Source of the DNA: an uncultured cyanobacterium
Lineage (GTDB): Bacteria > Cyanobacteriota > Cyanobacteriia > Cyanobacteriales > Cyanobacteriaceae
Direction: 5' to 3'
DNA: 64,000 nt
Assembly: GCA_963749915.1 (NCBI GenBank)
Contig: CAVVOP010000008.1
Location: 64,001-128,000 of the forward strand
The notes below the pieces were generated by a model. That model saw nothing but the letters and a program-made list of their open reading frames with translations. It ran no database searches and was not told the DNA's origin. Numbering within the stretch: position 1 is the stretch's first letter; every line of letters starts with the position of its first letter. Positions 44,453 through 56,104 of this stretch are shown one piece after another. The position numbers and the translations under genes are program-made.

Positions 44453-45115
44453 ATGAGTAGTTCAATCGAGCGTCAATATCTTTCTCCTAACTGTATATTA
44501 TCTTTACAAGGTTTTACCGATGATAATAATTCCGATGAGAGTCAACCAATTATGTCGGTGTTAACTCAAGCTAAATTTCAGATTATCGGTCATCCTGTGA
44601 TTTTGAGTGGCGGTTTAGTTTTTATCGAACATTTAATGAAAGCTGCTAGTGCTTACGCTCAAGAGTTATTAAGTGGTTTAACTCGTTCTTGGGAATATAC
44701 TGATGATACTAATTATATTTCTTTGAAAAAAATACCCGAAAAAAATTGTCATCTTTTACTGTGGCGGGAAAAAAAAGAGGACACTAATCATCAGTTAGAA
44801 ATTGAATTAAGTACCATACAATTTTTTGATTTATTGGAAACCATCGATCAACTTTGTGCGGATATTTATACTTTACCTCAACTAGAAGATAATCCTCAAC
44901 CTTTATCTCCTCGTTATCGTCAAGGGGATATTTCAATGGTTGAACAATCTACCCCTATGGCTTTAGGCTTTTTCGGTTTGGCTTTAGCGGCGATCGCTTT
45001 ATTTATCATCCCCAATCCCAGTACCATTAAAGATCCTAATCAAGAGCAAAGACCAACCCCAACACAAAATAATAATGGTGATCTTGTGCCCCCTTTAACA
45101 CCTCCGAGTGAATAG
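44453..45115 (+). CDS. DUF4335-like cyanobacterial protein
   Basis: RQYLSPNCILSLQG, QFFDLLETIDQ, C-terminal TM. Confidence 0.7.
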   Translation: MSSSIERQYLSPNCILSLQGFTDDNNSDESQPIMSVLTQAKFQIIGHPVILSGGLVFIEHLMKAASAYAQELLSGLTRSWEYTDDTNYISLKKIPEKNCHLLLWREKKEDTNHQLEIELSTIQFFDLLETIDQLCADIYTLPQLEDNPQPLSPRYRQGDISMVEQSTPMALGFFGLALAAIALFIIPNPSTIKDPNQEQRPTPTQNNNGDLVPPLTPPSE

Positions 45116-45116
45116 C

Positions 45117-45567
45117 TTACAGGAATTCACAATATTTTTTCGTAACTTCATGACGATAACGAAACATCTCCTGAAGCCGTGAATTTACCCACCAACCAAG
45201 GAAAAAATCACTTAGCCAACCTCCGGGAATTTCATACTCAATAGTATCTGTGAGCTTCGTTGCTAAACCTTGAGCCTCAAAACGATGACGATGGCACCAT
45301 GATTTCATTGGTCCTTTTATTTGTTCATCGGTAAATAGTTTATACTGATCATATTCGGTATGACGAGCTAACCAGGGAACACGGATAAAACCAAACATCA
45401 ACAAAAATTCGCTAGTTGCCCCGATATTTAAATTCCCTTGTCGGTGGACAACTTTCACGGGCTGCCAAGGGGGAGTTAGCAGTTCGAGAACATCTTGTCT
45501 TTCATGAAACTGCCAAACTTCTTCCACTGGGGCTCGAATTATACTGGAATATTGGAATTTTACCATG
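45117..45567 (-). CDS. SRPBCC/cyclase family protein
   Basis: APVEEVWQFHE, LTPPW, FTDEQIKGP..W.HRH, FRYRH. Confidence 0.85.
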
Positions 45568-45669
45568 GAGCTTTTTGCCTTATAAAACCACAAATCACAA
45601 ATAAATAAGTTTATCGTCAACGGGTAACTTTTTTCATCTACTGAAATTCCCCAACTACAAACTTTTTAA

Positions 45670-45822
45670 TCACTCTAAATTTTCCCCAGAATAAATATTT
45701 TCCATGGGTGCAGGAGCGGCTAAATCTGTATCGATAAAACTGCGGGCCGTCACTGTCACTAAGGCAAATAAGGCGATGAGAATGGTAACTAAAGGAACGA
45801 TTTGTTGACGGATAAATTGCAT
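45670..45822 (-). CDS. Small membrane protein (50 aa), missed by the ORF track
   Basis: MQFIRQQIVPLVTILIALFALVTVTARSFIDTDLAAPAPMENIYSGENLE; co-oriented between cysK and the SRPBCC gene. Confidence 0.7.
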   Translation of the reverse strand: MQFIRQQIVPLVTILIALFALVTVTARSFIDTDLAAPAPMENIYSGENLE

Positions 45823-45858
45823 GATCAGTAAAGTTAATAAAATTGTTAATAAAAGTAT

Positions 45859-46836
45859 TTAGTCGGGAATAATTAAACCTTTGGAATTTAGCCATTCACG
45901 ATTATAAAGTCGGGATTGATAACGAGCACCACCATCACACAAAACAGTTACAATGCTATGTCCGGGCCCCATTTTTTGTGCTAAAGCAACAGCCGCCCCT
46001 ACATTTATACCTACCGAGCCGCCCATAAATAAGCCCTCTTTCCGTAGTAATTGATAAATCACCCTTAAGGCTTCTTGATCATCAATTTGAATGGCATCAT
46101 CGATGGCTACACCCTCCATATTAGCAGTAATGCGACTGTTACCAATGCCCTCAGTAATGGAGTTACCTTCTATTTTGATTTTTCCAGTTTTCACATAGCT
46201 ATATAAACCGCTACCCATTGGATCAGCCAAAACGCATTTTATGTCAGGGTTTTGATCTTTCAAAAATAAAGACACCCCCGCAAAAGTTCCTCCTGTGCCT
46301 GTGGCGGCTACCCAACCATCAATTTTGTGATCTGTTTGTTCCCAAATTTCTTTACCAGTGGTTTCATAGTGGGCTTGACGGTTTGCTAAATTATCAAATT
46401 GGTTCGCCCAGATAGCGTTATCCATCTCGGAGGCGATTCTACCCGACAGTTTAACATAGTTATTAGGATCTTTATAGGGTACAGCCGGAACCGCCCTAAC
46501 TTCGGCACCTAGGGTGCGTAAGGCCTCCATTTTTTCCTGGGATTGGGTTTCGGGTATAATGATAACACATTTATAACCTTTAGCATTGCAAATATGGGCC
46601 AAACCGATGCCCGTATTTCCTGCTGTGCCTTCTACTACCGTACCACCAGATTTCAGTAATCCTTGGGCTTCCGCTTGTTGAATGATATATAATGCGGCTC
46701 TATCTTTCACCGAACCACCGGGATTCAAAAACTCTGCTTTTCCTAAAATTTCACACCCTGTTTCTTTACTGAAGGTGTTTAAGCGAATTAAAGGGGTATT
46801 GCCAATAGTACCAACGAAGCCGTCTTTTATATCCAT
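45859..46836 (-). CDS. cysK: Cysteine synthase
   Basis: IGNTPL, NPGGSVKDR, GTAGNTG, GTGGT. Confidence 0.92.
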   Translation of the reverse strand: MDIKDGFVGTIGNTPLIRLNTFSKETGCEILGKAEFLNPGGSVKDRAALYIIQQAEAQGLLKSGGTVVEGTAGNTGIGLAHICNAKGYKCVIIIPETQSQEKMEALRTLGAEVRAVPAVPYKDPNNYVKLSGRIASEMDNAIWANQFDNLANRQAHYETTGKEIWEQTDHKIDGWVAATGTGGTFAGVSLFLKDQNPDIKCVLADPMGSGLYSYVKTGKIKIEGNSITEGIGNSRITANMEGVAIDDAIQIDDQEALRVIYQLLRKEGLFMGGSVGINVGAAVALAQKMGPGHSIVTVLCDGGARYQSRLYNREWLNSKGLIIPD

Positions 46837-47061
46837 TACTAAGTTTTAGTTGATTGATTCTCGTCATGTGAACTACCCACACTAAACTACAAATTATACC
46901 ATGAATCCCTACCGCAATCCAGGATACAATTCAATTAACTGCTAGGTTTTTTTCTCTCCAGATGACTTGGTGAAATCATGTCTGAGATCATGTTTAGTTT
47001 ATTAGCAAACTCTGGATTTATTTATGATTAAAAAGACTACTATCGAATAATTTCGTAAGAT

Positions 47062-47565
47062 ATGACTTTTCAACAACTATTTATTTTATTTAATGATTAT
47101 AAGCCAGTTGTTCTGCTAATTATTTTGTCAGCCCCTTGGTTGGCGTTGTCCATTTGCATTGCTATACCAGGCCAGAGGGAAGAACCCTTTGTTTTAAGTT
47201 TTAATTTAGGAATGTCCATAATCTGTTTATTGATGACATTGGGGTATTTGTTGTATGCAACCAATAATGGTGGTTGGACTAGAGTTATTCAAGAAGCAGA
47301 CATTCTACTTCTACTTGCCCCCTGCTACTATGTCAGTGTTTCAGTTTGGGTGACTAAACTACGTTTACCATTGAGTCAAATACCTCTTATTCGTGCCATT
47401 CAAGGTTTGGCGTTAATCGGTGCGGGATACTTGGGAGTAGCATGGTTTGTCAGTAAGATACGTATTTTGGCATTGACTTTTGTCCCATATCAAGTCTGGG
47501 CTCTATTCATTTTAGGTCTATTATCCATCGGCTATCTTGGCTACTTGCGATTAACTAAAAAATGA
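47062..47565 (+). CDS. Hypothetical membrane protein
   Basis: About 5 hydrophobic segments. Confidence 0.7.
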   Translation: MTFQQLFILFNDYKPVVLLIILSAPWLALSICIAIPGQREEPFVLSFNLGMSIICLLMTLGYLLYATNNGGWTRVIQEADILLLLAPCYYVSVSVWVTKLRLPLSQIPLIRAIQGLALIGAGYLGVAWFVSKIRILALTFVPYQVWALFILGLLSIGYLGYLRLTKK

Positions 47566-47597
47566 AATTCCCATAGCGATCGCCCCTGAAAATCAGC

Positions 47598-48266
47598 TTA
47601 GCTAAGAAGCAAAGCAAATAAACCACACATGGCAATACCATCAAACACCCCAGCACCCCCTATACTAAGAACTCCAGGGCTCATACGCTCGATTTCCCCA
47701 AGATGCAACAGATCTGCACCAATCAATGTTCCCAGAATTCCCCCGGCAAAAGCCACCGAGGGAGCTTGCTGTTGGGCAATGAGAATGGCACTCAGAGAAG
47801 CCGTTAGCGGTGCAATCAGGGCGTTCATTTGAATGCCAATCCCCGGAACTATGTGAGCAGAATAGTAACTGACAACTGTAACAATGGCAGTGACCCAGAA
47901 AATGGCAATCAGGTTGGAGCGAGTTAGTTCGTAAAATGCGAGCAATACGGGAATTAACCCGCCACCGACATTGAGTGCCACAATGGTTTTCTGTCTGATT
48001 TTCTGGAGAGGAATGCCCCAAAATTGCCTCAACCATATATCCATTAAATCGGGGACAATAATTACGGTTGATTCGACTTGGTAAAGGGGAATATTAATTA
48101 GGCTACCTAACAATACGGCGGCTAAGAGAAGAAAAGCCAGATTAGGAGAAAAACCGAGCTTGGCAACTGCTATTTCTACCACGTCGAGGGTAACTGTCAC
48201 CCAAATAAAAGGAAATAGTAGCAGAAATAATAAAAACAGAAAGAGGGATACGGGCAGGTAAATCAT
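47598..48266 (-). CDS. DUF1614 membrane protein
   Basis: GSLINIP, ALNVGGGLIP, GTLIGADLL, SIGGAGVFDGI. Confidence 0.85.
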   Translation of the reverse strand: MIYLPVSLFLFLLFLLLFPFIWVTVTLDVVEIAVAKLGFSPNLAFLLLAAVLLGSLINIPLYQVESTVIIVPDLMDIWLRQFWGIPLQKIRQKTIVALNVGGGLIPVLLAFYELTRSNLIAIFWVTAIVTVVSYYSAHIVPGIGIQMNALIAPLTASLSAILIAQQQAPSVAFAGGILGTLIGADLLHLGEIERMSPGVLSIGGAGVFDGIAMCGLFALLLS

Positions 48267-48390
48267 TTAGATAGGGCTTGCCGGGTAAGTTTATGCTGAT
48301 TGTATCATCAAAACTAGATGAGATCAAAGCTAACCCAAACTCTGTTTAATTAACCGAAATAAAGTTAGTAGTAATGGCTGACATGTAAAC

Positions 48391-50358
<1,968 letters not shown>

Positions 50359-50577
50359 TTAAGGCTATTTTTCCCTGAATGATATTTTTACCAAAAATTA
50401 TAACACATAAGAGAATATCACAATTTAAACCTTCATTCCAGTCTTGTTTTTGAAAAGGGGGTACTCTAATCATTTTTGGCTTTTTAGGTTATCTTTCTCT
50501 GTCTGAAATTATTATGTGGGTTTTGACAACCGGATTTAGTATTATGGATAGGTAGGTCAACACAAAAATTTTTAGCA

Positions 50578-51738
50578 ATGTTGGAAATTCCATTGTCATC
50601 AGGAGAAATTATTACGAATAAAAATCAAAAAAGTAGTAATAATTATCTTAAACAACTTACTTCGATCGCTATTATTTTAGCCTCTTTAGGTATAACTTAT
50701 TTACCTATGATTTTTGGTATTAAAAGTACCATTACTATTGTTAGCGGTTCCGAATTAAAAGAAGTATTAGAAACTATAGAAAAAAAATTTGAAAAAGAAA
50801 ATGCTAATGTTAATTTACAATTAATAGTTCAAGGTTCCCAAGATATTGTTACTAATTTTATTGACGAGAAAAATGACTTTAAATCTACTATTTTGATTCC
50901 TGCTAATAGTGAGTTAATTACAGAATTAGAAACTAAATTAAAAGCACAAGGAGAAACCGATATTTTTTACGACAATCCCACAGCGATCGCAAAGACGTTA
51001 TTAGTGGGCATTGCCTGGGAAGAAAGAGGAAAAGTTTTATTCCCCGATAATAAATTTAATTGGCAAAAATTAGAAACCGCTTTAAGGACAAAAAATTGGG
51101 ACAAATTGGGAGGTAAAAAAGAATGGGGCAGTTTTGATTTTATCACCACAGATCCCACTCGTTCAAATAGTGGACAATTAACCCTTAGTTTATGGGCAAA
51201 AAACCAATTAAATAAAAATAATTTAACAGTTAGTGATATTAACAAGCCAGAAATTGAACAACTATTTAAACTTATAAAAAACTCTATTTATCAACCTCCA
51301 AGATCAACTGATATCTTACTACAAGAATTTATTGCTAGGGGGGTCAATGATGCCGATGTCGCCACGGTTTATGAAAGTATCGCTTTATATCGTTGGTTAC
51401 AGGCAAAGGAAAATCAGAAACAAGGTTATAAAATTTATTATCCTAATCCTACCATTGAAACAACAATTATGGCGGCGATCGTTAAAAAAAATGTTAGTCA
51501 GTCGGAAGCCAAATCTGCTAGAAAATTTATAGACTTTTTGACAAAAAATGAACAACAAATAATTTTCGCTGAATATGGTTTTCGCCCCATCATTAATTTA
51601 GACTTAAACTCTTTACTAAATACCCCTTGGAGTCAAAATATTCCGGGAGTACAAATTAACTCACCTATTAATATTAATTCTAGCCCCAATTCAGAGATTA
51701 TCAGTGAGATTCAAAAAGTATGGTATCGTGCCAATTAA
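50578..51738 (+). CDS. Extracellular solute-binding protein
   Basis: TM anchor, TDPTRSNSG, VYES, YGFRP. Confidence 0.75.
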   Translation: MLEIPLSSGEIITNKNQKSSNNYLKQLTSIAIILASLGITYLPMIFGIKSTITIVSGSELKEVLETIEKKFEKENANVNLQLIVQGSQDIVTNFIDEKNDFKSTILIPANSELITELETKLKAQGETDIFYDNPTAIAKTLLVGIAWEERGKVLFPDNKFNWQKLETALRTKNWDKLGGKKEWGSFDFITTDPTRSNSGQLTLSLWAKNQLNKNNLTVSDINKPEIEQLFKLIKNSIYQPPRSTDILLQEFIARGVNDADVATVYESIALYRWLQAKENQKQGYKIYYPNPTIETTIMAAIVKKNVSQSEAKSARKFIDFLTKNEQQIIFAEYGFRPIINLDLNSLLNTPWSQNIPGVQINSPININSSPNSEIISEIQKVWYRAN

Positions 51739-51767
51739 ATAAGGTATATTCTTTTTAGACAAAAAAT

Positions 51768-53099
51768 ATGAGTTTTGGCAACACAAAATTGATGATAAAT
51801 AATAATAATTATTGGCTAAAAAATGCTCATATTCCCACTTGTTTAATGGCAAATAACCACTTTATTCCGCAAACAAGAGAAAATTTGTCTTCATGTGATT
51901 TGCAAATTCAAGGGGGAAAAATAACTCAAATAATCCCCGCTTCTATGGATACCGTCGGCATTGATTTGCAAAAAGGAATTGTTTTGCCTTGTTTTGTCGA
52001 TATACATACCCATCTTGATAAAGGACATATTTTTGAAAGATCGCCAAACTTACAGGGGAATTTCAAGACGGCATTAGAAACGGTAAAAGAAGATGCAATT
52101 CTTTGGAATGAAGAGGATTTATCTAAGCGCATGGAATTTGCCTTGAAATGTAGTTACGCTCATGGTACGATCGCCATTAGGACACATTTAGATTGTCATG
52201 AAAATCAAGGCGATATTAGTTTCAAAGTCTGGCAACAATTACAACGGCAATGGCAAGATAAAATTACCCTACAAGCAGTTTCCTTAGTCAGTTTAGATTA
52301 TTTTCTCACGGAGGACGGAGTGAAATTGGCCAATAAAATAGCCGAAGTTGGCGGAGTTTTAGGGGGGGTTGCTTACACAAATCCCGATTTAGAAATTCAG
52401 TTAGAAAAGGTTTTTCAACTAGCAAAAGAAAGAAATTTAGATTTAGATTTCCATGCTGACGAAAATGGTGAAATCGACTCTATTTGTCTACAAAAAATCG
52501 CTGAAACCGCGCTTAAAACTAATTTTACTGGTGACATTCTTTGCGGTCATTGTTGTAGCTTATCTGTACAACCTCAAGGAGTAGTACAAAATATAATTAA
52601 CCTAGTGAAAGAGGCGAATATTAATATTGTTAGTTTGCCCATGTGTAATTTATATTTGCAGGATAGACAAGAAAATATAACTCCTTTTTGGCGGGGTGTC
52701 ACAAGGGTAAAAGAGTTAAAACAGGCAGGAGTAAAAATTGCTTTTGCTAATGATAATTGTCGTGATCCTTTTTTCGGTTTTGGGGATCATGATATGTTAG
52801 AGGTGTTTAACCAATCGGTAAGAATTGCACATTTAGACACTCCTTACAGCGATTGGATTACCTCTGTTTCTAAAATCCCTGCTGATTTAATGAAATTACC
52901 AAAACTGGGGCAAATAGGGGTAAATTTATCGGCTAATTTAGTGGTATTTAAAGCTCGTTATTTTAGTGAACTATTATCTCGAAACCAAGGCAATCGCCTT
53001 GTTATTAGAGATGGTAAAATAATTAAAAATAAGTTACCCGATTATCAAGAATTAGATGACTTAAATAACTCTTCTACAATACAAGGTAAGCTCATCTAA
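51768..53099 (+). CDS. codA: Cytosine deaminase (amidohydrolase family)
   Basis: DIHTHLDKGH, DFHADE, GHCCSL, DNCRDPF. Confidence 0.87.
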   Translation: MSFGNTKLMINNNNYWLKNAHIPTCLMANNHFIPQTRENLSSCDLQIQGGKITQIIPASMDTVGIDLQKGIVLPCFVDIHTHLDKGHIFERSPNLQGNFKTALETVKEDAILWNEEDLSKRMEFALKCSYAHGTIAIRTHLDCHENQGDISFKVWQQLQRQWQDKITLQAVSLVSLDYFLTEDGVKLANKIAEVGGVLGGVAYTNPDLEIQLEKVFQLAKERNLDLDFHADENGEIDSICLQKIAETALKTNFTGDILCGHCCSLSVQPQGVVQNIINLVKEANINIVSLPMCNLYLQDRQENITPFWRGVTRVKELKQAGVKIAFANDNCRDPFFGFGDHDMLEVFNQSVRIAHLDTPYSDWITSVSKIPADLMKLPKLGQIGVNLSANLVVFKARYFSELLSRNQGNRLVIRDGKIIKNKLPDYQELDDLNNSSTIQGKLI

Positions 53100-53135
53100 T
53101 CTCACCTGTCTGTGACATGCTCCCGACTCTGATGC

Positions 53136-53558
53136 TTACGCATACAGAGCGGGCTTCTCATCGACTCCAGCTATTGCTTCGGACGTTAGATGAGCTTTAA
53201 GAACGGAATGCCCTACCGCTGTGTATTTGATGTTTCTAGCTGCGTTGTGGTCACGGTCAAGAGAACATCCGCAATTTGACTGATTCGAGACTTTCAGATG
53301 TACCTTAGGGACTCGTTTGATCGCTTTCTTGCGACGATTTGAGCCTTTCTTTTTGCGTGACAGTGAACGCTGTAACCGCTTCAGTCGTTTCTCTGATTTG
53401 CGGTAGTGATGTGGGATTGCTACCTCTTTTCCGGAATCATCTACCAGAAATGATTTCAGCCCCATATCAATGCCGATCGTGTTTTCCCTCCTTGGAGCCT
53501 CAGGGGTGAGAACAGGTACACAGGCATCTTCAAGGCTTAAGGTCACATACCATCCGTC
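53136..53558 (-). pseudogene. tnpB: TnpB fragment
   Basis: DGWYV, IGIDMGL (RuvC-I), RLQRSLSRKKKGSNRR, CG..DRDHNAARNI (RuvC-III); RuvC-II and N-terminus missing. Confidence 0.88.
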
Positions 53559-53559
53559 A

Positions 53560-53784
53560 ATTCATTTGCTGTTTCAGTACTACCCACAAATGGACTTATC
53601 CAAATTCGTCAATAACATCAAATCTGTATCTAGCCGTCGAATTAGAAGTGAGTTCGCCGATCATCTCAACAGCATTTATGGGAAAGATGTGCTTTGGAAT
53701 GAGTTGTATTTCATTGCCTCCTGTGGCGGTGTTACCGTCTCAGTTTTGCGTCAGTACATTGAAAATCAGAACCTGCCTGACTAG
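53560..53784 (+). pseudogene. tnpA: IS200 TnpA C-terminal fragment
   Basis: IHLLFQY.PQ, KSVSSR, LW..YFIASCGG, YIENQ. Confidence 0.88.
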
Positions 53785-54014
53785 CGATATGAGACAAGAC
53801 AAGGAAGGAACGAAGGACAGCAGACAAGGGAGATAGTACAAACGAAGAATGGTCTTTTCAGGCATTTCTGTATTATTTGTAACAAAGTGTTTCTTAAACG
53901 ATTCCCCTCTTCCTTGTCCACTTTCCACCCTTGTCCCCGCAAGTCTTCACCCTCATCAGAATGTTTTTGTAAAAAACCTACACCTGTGAGGGCTTCCCGG
54001 CTAGGAGCTAAAAA

Positions 54015-55181
54015 CTAAAGTGATTTGATAAAATTACCTAGTCTAGTCATGCCTTTTTCGATGGAATCCATGTCAGTAGCATAGGATAGACGGATACAGT
54101 TATCATCACCGAAGGCAATTCCAGGAATAACGGCGACTTTTTCTTGGGTAAGTAATTTTTCGCAAAATTCAAGGGATTTTAAGCCGGTTTTACTAATATC
54201 AGTGAATAGATAAAAAGCTCCGAAAGGTAAAGGAGCGCTGACATTGGGGATAGATTCAGCGGCAGCAAACATGACTTTTCTTCTTTGGGTAAAGGATGCT
54301 AACATTTCCGCTACACAGTCCTGGGAGGATTCCAAAGCGGCGATCGCACCATATTGAGCAAAGGTACACACATTAGAAGTACTGTGACCTTGAACCTTGG
54401 TCATAGCTTTGATAATATCAACATCACCGGCAATATAACCCACGCGCCACCCTGTCATGGAATAAGCCTTGGCAAAACCGTTACTAACAATGGTGCGTTT
54501 AAAAATCTCCTCATCTACCGCACCAATACTTAAATGAGTTGCACCATCATAAAGAATTTTTTCGTAAATTTCGTCAGAAACCACCAGGATATCATGGTCG
54601 ACAACTACTTGAGCCAAAGCCTTAATCTCATCAGGATTATAGACTGAACCAGTGGGGTTAGAAGGAGAATTAAGGACAAATAACTTAGTTTTGGGGGTAA
54701 TCGCCTGTTTTAACTGCTCTGGGGTGATTTTATAGTCATTTTCGGCGGTAGTGGCCACAATAACGGATTTTCCTCCGGCCAAAGTTACCATCTCAGGATA
54801 ACTTAGCCAATAGGGTGCGGGAATAATTACCTCGTCATCGGTTTCGATGAGGGCCATCATGAGATTATATAGAGAATGTTTACCACCGTTAGTAACGATG
54901 ACATTTTCTGCCTTGTACTCCAAATTATTATCTTTTTTCAGCTTATTGGCGATCGCTTGACGCAATTGTATTTCACCCGCCGCTGCCCCATATTTAGTTT
55001 TACCTTGATCTAAGGCTTGTTTCGCCGCTAATTTGATATGATCGGGAGTATCAAAATCGGGTTCACCGGCACTAAAACTACAAACGTCTAACCCTTCCCC
55101 TCTCATCGCTTTGGCCTTAGCTGTGATCGTGAGAGTAAGAGAGGGCTTAACTTGAGATATTCTACTCGCTAATTTATTCAT
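54015..55181 (-). CDS. aspC: Aspartate aminotransferase (class I/II PLP)
   Basis: [33 protein letters not shown]. Confidence 0.92.
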   Translation of the reverse strand: MNKLASRISQVKPSLTLTITAKAKAMRGEGLDVCSFSAGEPDFDTPDHIKLAAKQALDQGKTKYGAAAGEIQLRQAIANKLKKDNNLEYKAENVIVTNGGKHSLYNLMMALIETDDEVIIPAPYWLSYPEMVTLAGGKSVIVATTAENDYKITPEQLKQAITPKTKLFVLNSPSNPTGSVYNPDEIKALAQVVVDHDILVVSDEIYEKILYDGATHLSIGAVDEEIFKRTIVSNGFAKAYSMTGWRVGYIAGDVDIIKAMTKVQGHSTSNVCTFAQYGAIAALESSQDCVAEMLASFTQRRKVMFAAAESIPNVSAPLPFGAFYLFTDISKTGLKSLEFCEKLLTQEKVAVIPGIAFGDDNCIRLSYATDMDSIEKGMTRLGNFIKSL

Positions 55182-55388
55182 TGTTGCTTAACTTAATTGA
55201 GGATAAATATTTTAATAGTGACTTCCATAGTAAATAGTAATTATCGAATTAAGATCCGTAAAAAAAATCACCCTTCTTGATCATAATTTCAGACATGGTT
55301 AATTTTGCCATCAGAAAAAACAGACATGATAAGCTAATATTATCTTTTATGAGTTTGGGTGATATTTCAACTTATCTTTTGAGAATCT

Positions 55389-55991
55389 CTAAATATTCGA
55401 AATTCCCTCCTTACAGATTCCCTCTTTAAAGGTATATTTTAAAGCTAGATGATCAACGGTGGCACAAAGAAGATTCGCCTGAGATAAATTTGTGCCTTGT
55501 AAAATAGCACCTGTTAAATTGGCTTCTTCTAAATCAGCTTGAGATAAATCAGCACCACTTAAATTAGAGTGACTTAAATCGGCTTTTTGTAAACAAGAAC
55601 CCACTAAATTAACACCTCGTAAATCTGCACCCCGTAAGTCAGCTTCACACAAATCTAAATTACTCAAAATTGCCCCGGCTAAAAAACTACCGGCTAAACT
55701 AATATTTTCCACTTGTGCCGATAATAAAATTGCCCCCCGTAAATCTGCCCCTCGTAAATCTGCCCCTCGTAAATCTGCCCCTGTTAAATCCGCACCCCTT
55801 AAATTACAACGCAATATTGCACCCTGTAAATTTGCACCGGAAAAATTTATCCCCATTAATGTACTACTTGAAAAATCAGCTTTTGGTAAATTTGCACCAG
55901 AAAGATCACATCCGCTTAAGTTTATACCTTGCAAATCTTGAATACTGCCGTTGCGAATTTGGGACAAATCATGGATTAATAAGTTAGTCAT
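55389..55991 (-). CDS. Pentapeptide repeat protein
   Basis: ADLRG repeats throughout. Confidence 0.92.
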   Translation of the reverse strand: MTNLLIHDLSQIRNGSIQDLQGINLSGCDLSGANLPKADFSSSTLMGINFSGANLQGAILRCNLRGADLTGADLRGADLRGADLRGAILLSAQVENISLAGSFLAGAILSNLDLCEADLRGADLRGVNLVGSCLQKADLSHSNLSGADLSQADLEEANLTGAILQGTNLSQANLLCATVDHLALKYTFKEGICKEGISNI

Positions 55992-56104
55992 AATGGTTAT
56001 AAATATTAATTAATATAATTTTCTAATATTAATCATAATTATAAATTAATTAGGGTTTCCGTCAAATAGATAGTAAGTTGTAAAGCAGCGTATGCTCAAT
56101 TAAA

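Larger units (their letters stand above)
53112..54010 (-). mobile_element. IS200/IS605 element remnant (divergent tnpA/tnpB, internally deleted)
   Basis: Right-end hairpin GAAGCCCGCTCTG...CAGAGTCGGGAGCATGTCAC; left-end-like CTCCTAGCCGGGAAGCCC at about 53988-54006. Confidence 0.75.

Noticed and set aside
45638..45895. 85-aa ORF
   Set aside because: Shadow of the more plausible 50-aa membrane ORF at 45670-45822
46866..46882. GTGAACTACCCACACT, similar to an IS200/IS605 end
   Set aside because: Too short, with no hairpin partner or adjacent transposase
55389..55991. 15-bp periodic DNA repeats
   Set aside because: Explained by pentapeptide-repeat coding
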